From an uncultured Acidimicrobiia bacterium (lineage in GTDB: Bacteria; Acidobacteriota; Terriglobia; Versatilivoradales; Versatilivoraceae): a stretch of DNA of 64,000 bases. Under the pieces are notes generated by a model that saw only the letters and a program-made list of their open reading frames with translations, made no database searches and had not been told where the DNA came from. The translations under genes were made by a program, and so were the position numbers. The stretch spans positions 96,001 through 160,000 of the forward strand of contig CAWBAT010000008.1 of the NCBI GenBank assembly GCA_963786955.1, read 5' to 3'. Below are positions 60,229-64,000 of this stretch, piece after piece; position 1 is the stretch's first letter; the number at the start of each line of letters is the position of its first letter.

Positions 60229-61390
60229 GCACGCAAATCATCGGCATGAGACCAAATCCGATGAACACAGGCACATAAGAATGGTGGTCAACCACCCAAC
60301 CGGTTAGCAGGGCGAATACCATCCCTCCAAATCCCGATCCCATGCTGGCGAGTCCCCAAATCGAACCCACGACGTTTTTTGGAAACAAGTCTGCCGGAAA
60401 AGCCAGCATATTGGCCACGCAACCGGTGTATCCGAGCATCGCCAGAGAAACGAGCGAAATCGAGATGGACGCGCTCTCCACCAACACGGCTGGAATCGTG
60501 GAGGCCATCAGACAGGCGAAGACCGTCACCGAAACTTTCCGGGCTACATTCAGCGAGACATTGCGCCGGATGAGAAATGCCGCTAACCAGCCTCCCATAA
60601 CATTACCGAGACAGGCGAAGGCAAATGGGATCCAGGCATACCGGCCAATTGCGTTCAAGTCAAAGTGACGGGCGCGCTTCAAATATTCCGGAAACCAGAA
60701 AATATAAAAGTACCAAACGGGATCCAGAAAAACTTTGGCTAGCGTGAAGCTCCAAACGAACCGCGTGCAGAAGAGCCGCCAGGTGGAAATCTTCAGGGGC
60801 TTTTCTTCCTGCTCGCTCTGGGGCGGGGTGTAGTACACGAGCAACCAAATGGCTACCCAGATCAGCCCCGTCGCTCCCAGGAAAACGAACGCCGCACGCC
60901 ATCCGAATTGCAGCACGATCCAGACCACTACAGGAGGTGCCAGGATCGCTCCTACCGATGAACCACTATTGAAAATTCCCGAGGCAAGTGCCCGTTCGGA
61001 AACAGGGAACCATTCGGCTACTACCTTGACGCCTCCTGGCCAGTTGCCGGCCTCACCCATTCCGAGCAAAAAACGATAAACACCAAGCGACCCTGAGCCA
61101 TTGGCTAATCCGTGCAACATGGCAGCCAGCGACCACCAGGCTGCGGTGAGTGCGTAGCCCATCCGCGTTCCAAGGCGATCAATCAGCGCACCGGAAACCC
61201 CGTTCATGATGGTGTAAGCGAGCATGAAGGCAAAGATGACTCTGGAGTACGTCACGTTGGTCATCTTGAATTGGTCAATCAAGAGAGGGGCGACAACGGA
61301 AAGTGTCTGGCGGTCCAGGTAATTGATGGCCGTGGCCCAAAACACCAGGGAAATCATCAACCACCGCGTTCGTGGGTTTTGTTTTTGCAC
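60167..61390 (-). CDS. MFS transporter, ExuT hexuronate-transporter-like (ACS family)
   Basis: INYLDRQTLS, GEAGNWPG, EWFP..ERALASGIFNSG, DPVWYFYIFWFP.YL. Confidence 0.9.
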   Translation of the reverse strand: MQKQNPRTRWLMISLVFWATAINYLDRQTLSVVAPLLIDQFKMTNVTYSRVIFAFMLAYTIMNGVSGALIDRLGTRMGYALTAAWWSLAAMLHGLANGSGSLGVYRFLLGMGEAGNWPGGVKVVAEWFPVSERALASGIFNSGSSVGAILAPPVVVWIVLQFGWRAAFVFLGATGLIWVAIWLLVYYTPPQSEQEEKPLKISTWRLFCTRFVWSFTLAKVFLDPVWYFYIFWFPEYLKRARHFDLNAIGRYAWIPFAFACLGNVMGGWLAAFLIRRNVSLNVARKVSVTVFACLMASTIPAVLVESASISISLVSLAMLGYTGCVANMLAFPADLFPKNVVGSIWGLASMGSGFGGMVFALLTGWVVDHHSYVPVFIGFGLMPMICVLILWALVSPLRQHERLDVRS

Positions 61391-61683
61391 AGAGGAATGT
61401 TTTCTCGAAGTGGACCAGAAAGCCGAATGAATCAGAGGAACCGAACAAGCAAAGATTGTCGCGGATCAATCGTGATTGTACAATGCCAAATGTGTTATTA
61501 CCGGTTGGAAACGGACAGGGAATCGCCAGTGGTCGAGGGATCCACACCAGACAAACGAAAACGGTGGGAGCAGACTTATGTCTGAATTCATCGTCTGGCA
61601 ACTCGACGCGCTCTGCTGCCCACGTTTGACAGATGTCGTTATTCGAATAGAAAGTAGGACTCATATGAAGGAGGGACATAAGA

Positions 61684-62955
61684 ATGAAGAATTACGAAAA
61701 TGGATCAGAAATCGCAGGGGAGCCTTCAGCGGGGTCGAGCTACAATTATGAACCGTATCCTCTCGAGGTCTCAGCCGCGCGCACGGCTCAGACTCAAATA
61801 AGAACCGGCGCGGGAGATCAAAGCGAAAATTCGACGACCCGGCGTGATTTTCTTCAAAAAGTGTCGCTCAACTCCGTGGGGTTTGCTCTGGCTTCCAAGT
61901 CCACGAACGCCTTCGGTGCGCAAGAGGCCAAGCCTGTCAGTTTGCCGGAAGGCAAGCCGCTTAAGGTGTTTTGTTATGACTTAAACTGGGTTCTATTGAA
62001 GAAGCCCATCGAGGAATTTGCGCCAGCGTCGGCAGAGGACTGGGCTTTCATTAGCCCTCAAGAGTACTTCGATTGGCATAAAGATCTGGGGGTCAACATT
62101 ATGTTTTGTCAGGCCTTCAATTTTGGCGGCTATGCCTACTACCCAACGAAATTTGGATCCATAGCCCCTGGGCCGGGACGGAACCTGTTGCCGGAACTGT
62201 TCAAGTTGTCGCGCAAAGCTCACATGCCTTTCCATTCGTATTTCTGTGTAGGAGCCGATTTGACGGTGAGTAATATGCGGGATTCTTGGGTCGTCCCGAC
62301 CAGCAAAAATGAATACGGCCATTGGGGATACCTTGGACCTGAAAGTCCCTGGACGGATCTGCTTTGTGCAAGGGTAGACGAATTTCTCCGCCAGTATCCC
62401 GTCGAATGGATTATGTTCGATTGGTTCTCGTATGGAAACATCGAGGCCCACGGTCTTCCGGTGCAGCCCGCCTGGTTTGTGAAAGCACCCTTCAAGGAGA
62501 TCATCGGCCGCGACATGCCGGATGAGGCCGCCAAGATAACGCCCGAAGAAAGCCTTAAATACAAGCGAGAAATTCTGGCCCGCCAGTTCTACCGTATCCG
62601 CGAGACAGTGCATAAGGCAAGCCGCGAGACAAAAATCTATTTCAATGTCCCATTCCGCATACCGGCTGCAGATGTTTGGGTGGATCACCCCATGCTCAAC
62701 GAGAGCGACTTACTTTTTGCTGAACTCGAATCCTGCGAAAAGGTGGAAGTTGTCGAATGGCTGCTGAAGATCCGCAAACCGGATCAGCGTGTGATGACTT
62801 CACTGAATTGTGATCCGGCTTCTTGGAAGAAGTGGCATGAGCGCGGTTGCGACTTTTTTGGAACGGTTGTGGGGACGCCACCCCAGTTCAAGCCCGATGC
62901 TTCCTATGCGGAGCGCCTGAAGATTGTCCGAGAGGCATTCAAGGAAATGTCATAG
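61684..62955 (+). CDS. Tat-exported TIM-barrel protein, distant GH29/GHL-like
   Basis: TRRDFLQ; GGYAYYPTK, ELFKLSRK..MPFHSYF, VEWIMFDW patterns. Confidence 0.6.
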   Translation: MKNYENGSEIAGEPSAGSSYNYEPYPLEVSAARTAQTQIRTGAGDQSENSTTRRDFLQKVSLNSVGFALASKSTNAFGAQEAKPVSLPEGKPLKVFCYDLNWVLLKKPIEEFAPASAEDWAFISPQEYFDWHKDLGVNIMFCQAFNFGGYAYYPTKFGSIAPGPGRNLLPELFKLSRKAHMPFHSYFCVGADLTVSNMRDSWVVPTSKNEYGHWGYLGPESPWTDLLCARVDEFLRQYPVEWIMFDWFSYGNIEAHGLPVQPAWFVKAPFKEIIGRDMPDEAAKITPEESLKYKREILARQFYRIRETVHKASRETKIYFNVPFRIPAADVWVDHPMLNESDLLFAELESCEKVEVVEWLLKIRKPDQRVMTSLNCDPASWKKWHERGCDFFGTVVGTPPQFKPDASYAERLKIVREAFKEMS

Positions 62956-63082
62956 CACGAACTGCGGAGAGGGAAGATCGTCGGCCTCATCAACAACTCA
63001 CGCGTTGTGATTACGCGTGATTGGATTGTCAGGAAACCCCCGACAAAGCCTGGAGAATTATCGCCCGGATCCCCACGTCTGC

Positions 63083-64000
63083 TCAGGATTTCTTGGCTGC
63101 CTGGAGGATGCGATCGACGAACCCTCCCGGAGCGCAGAATGCGGCAAGGTCCTTTCCCTCCGCGGCGGCCGGCACAATCCATAACAACATGTTCTGGACC
63201 AGAAATGTTCCGAGCGTCTTCTGCCCTGAATCGCCGCGAATGACATTGGGCTGATCCCAGGTATATCCCCACTCGACGTTCAAAGCATATTGGCAGCGCC
63301 GAATCAGTTCCAATCCGAATTCCCTTTGCCCCTCGTACATGTAAGTGGCGCCCAGGATATCGATCTCGGGCACGAAAAACGTATTGATGCCATAGCCGAT
63401 CCCTTCCGCGAGATTTCCCTGTGGGGTGACGACGTCGGATGCACCATACTTTGTAATCGACGCATTGAGCCGTTTGATGGTTTCGAGCGCGGCCTTGACG
63501 CGGTCGGCACGGAAAATCCCCGGCAGTCCGTGGAATTTGACCATCCACTGCCCGTCGAGTTGATAGCCAAAGACGAGGTCAGATTTCTTTCCGGTCTTGG
63601 GCTCGTTATAGAGCAGGTAGTAACTGCCGGCCCACATTTTCTCTTCCATGGAGCGACTGCCTGCCTCGAGCCAGACCCGGCATTGGCGCTCAAACTCTGT
63701 GTCACCAATTTTTTTCGCCATGCGTTCGGCGATTGCAAGCTGAGCCAAATGGATCCCGCCCACATGAGTCACCATGCCGTACAACTGTACGGCCTCAAAC
63801 CACTCCAGGAGCACTCCGGGTTCCCGCTTCGGATTATAGGGATCGACGTTGCCGGTAGGGACACTGATGATTCCGTCATCTCCATCTTCGGGTCTGAGGC
63901 CCATGGTGAAAATCGTGTTCTTCTTAATCGAAGGATAGAACTCTTTGAGTAGCGGATCATCGCCGACTCGCGTCAGAATGCGATCCACCATATCCACGTA
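63083..64000 (-). CDS. GH116 (non-lysosomal glucosylceramidase-like) C-terminal part; 5' end outside the window
   Basis: MWAGSYY, QLDGQW, ALETIKRLN; frame open to the window edge. Confidence 0.72.
   Translation of the reverse strand, partial: YVDMVDRILTRVGDDPLLKEFYPSIKKNTIFTMGLRPEDGDDGIISVPTGNVDPYNPKREPGVLLEWFEAVQLYGMVTHVGGIHLAQLAIAERMAKKIGDTEFERQCRVWLEAGSRSMEEKMWAGSYYLLYNEPKTGKKSDLVFGYQLDGQWMVKFHGLPGIFRADRVKAALETIKRLNASITKYGASDVVTPQGNLAEGIGYGINTFFVPEIDILGATYMYEGQREFGLELIRRCQYALNVEWGYTWDQPNVIRGDSGQKTLGTFLVQNMLLWIVPAAAEGKDLAAFCAPGGFVDRILQAAKKS

Overview
A ~54% GC bacterial chromosomal window, probably Acidobacteriota (inferred from gene content and style; not verified). The left part (1-38 kb) is mostly housekeeping and mixed genes: an Sfp-type PPTase, tRNA-Leu(CAG), pxpA, rnr, a sulfatase, tRNA-Met(CAT), a DgoD-like enolase, NYN/LOTUS, an MdtAB-like RND pump, pdxH, a HerA-like ATPase, a P450, an octaheme-TPR cytochrome, a PP2C phosphatase, DUF1553/DUF1501, chrA and pirin. 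The right part (39-64 kb) is a carbohydrate-utilisation island with GH13-like, six-hairpin, two GH51, GH127-like, GH3, GH116 and GH29-like enzymes, several of them Tat-exported, plus MFS permeases. The best candidate for an undescribed system sits inside this island: an operon of two tandemly duplicated glycyl radical enzymes with a non-canonical Cys loop (YAGCHW, lacking the usual GCxE Glu), a ferredoxin-insert activase and a FucP-like sugar permease. The two copies differ at predicted substrate-contacting strands, and one carries a +1 frameshift. Intergenic regions hold at least five families of REP/REPIN-like palindromes and heptamer-repeat hairpins, and a RAYT transposase gene is present. 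Both single-base frameshifts (RND permease, GRE copy B) may be sequencing errors. I found no CRISPR array, rRNA or prophage.
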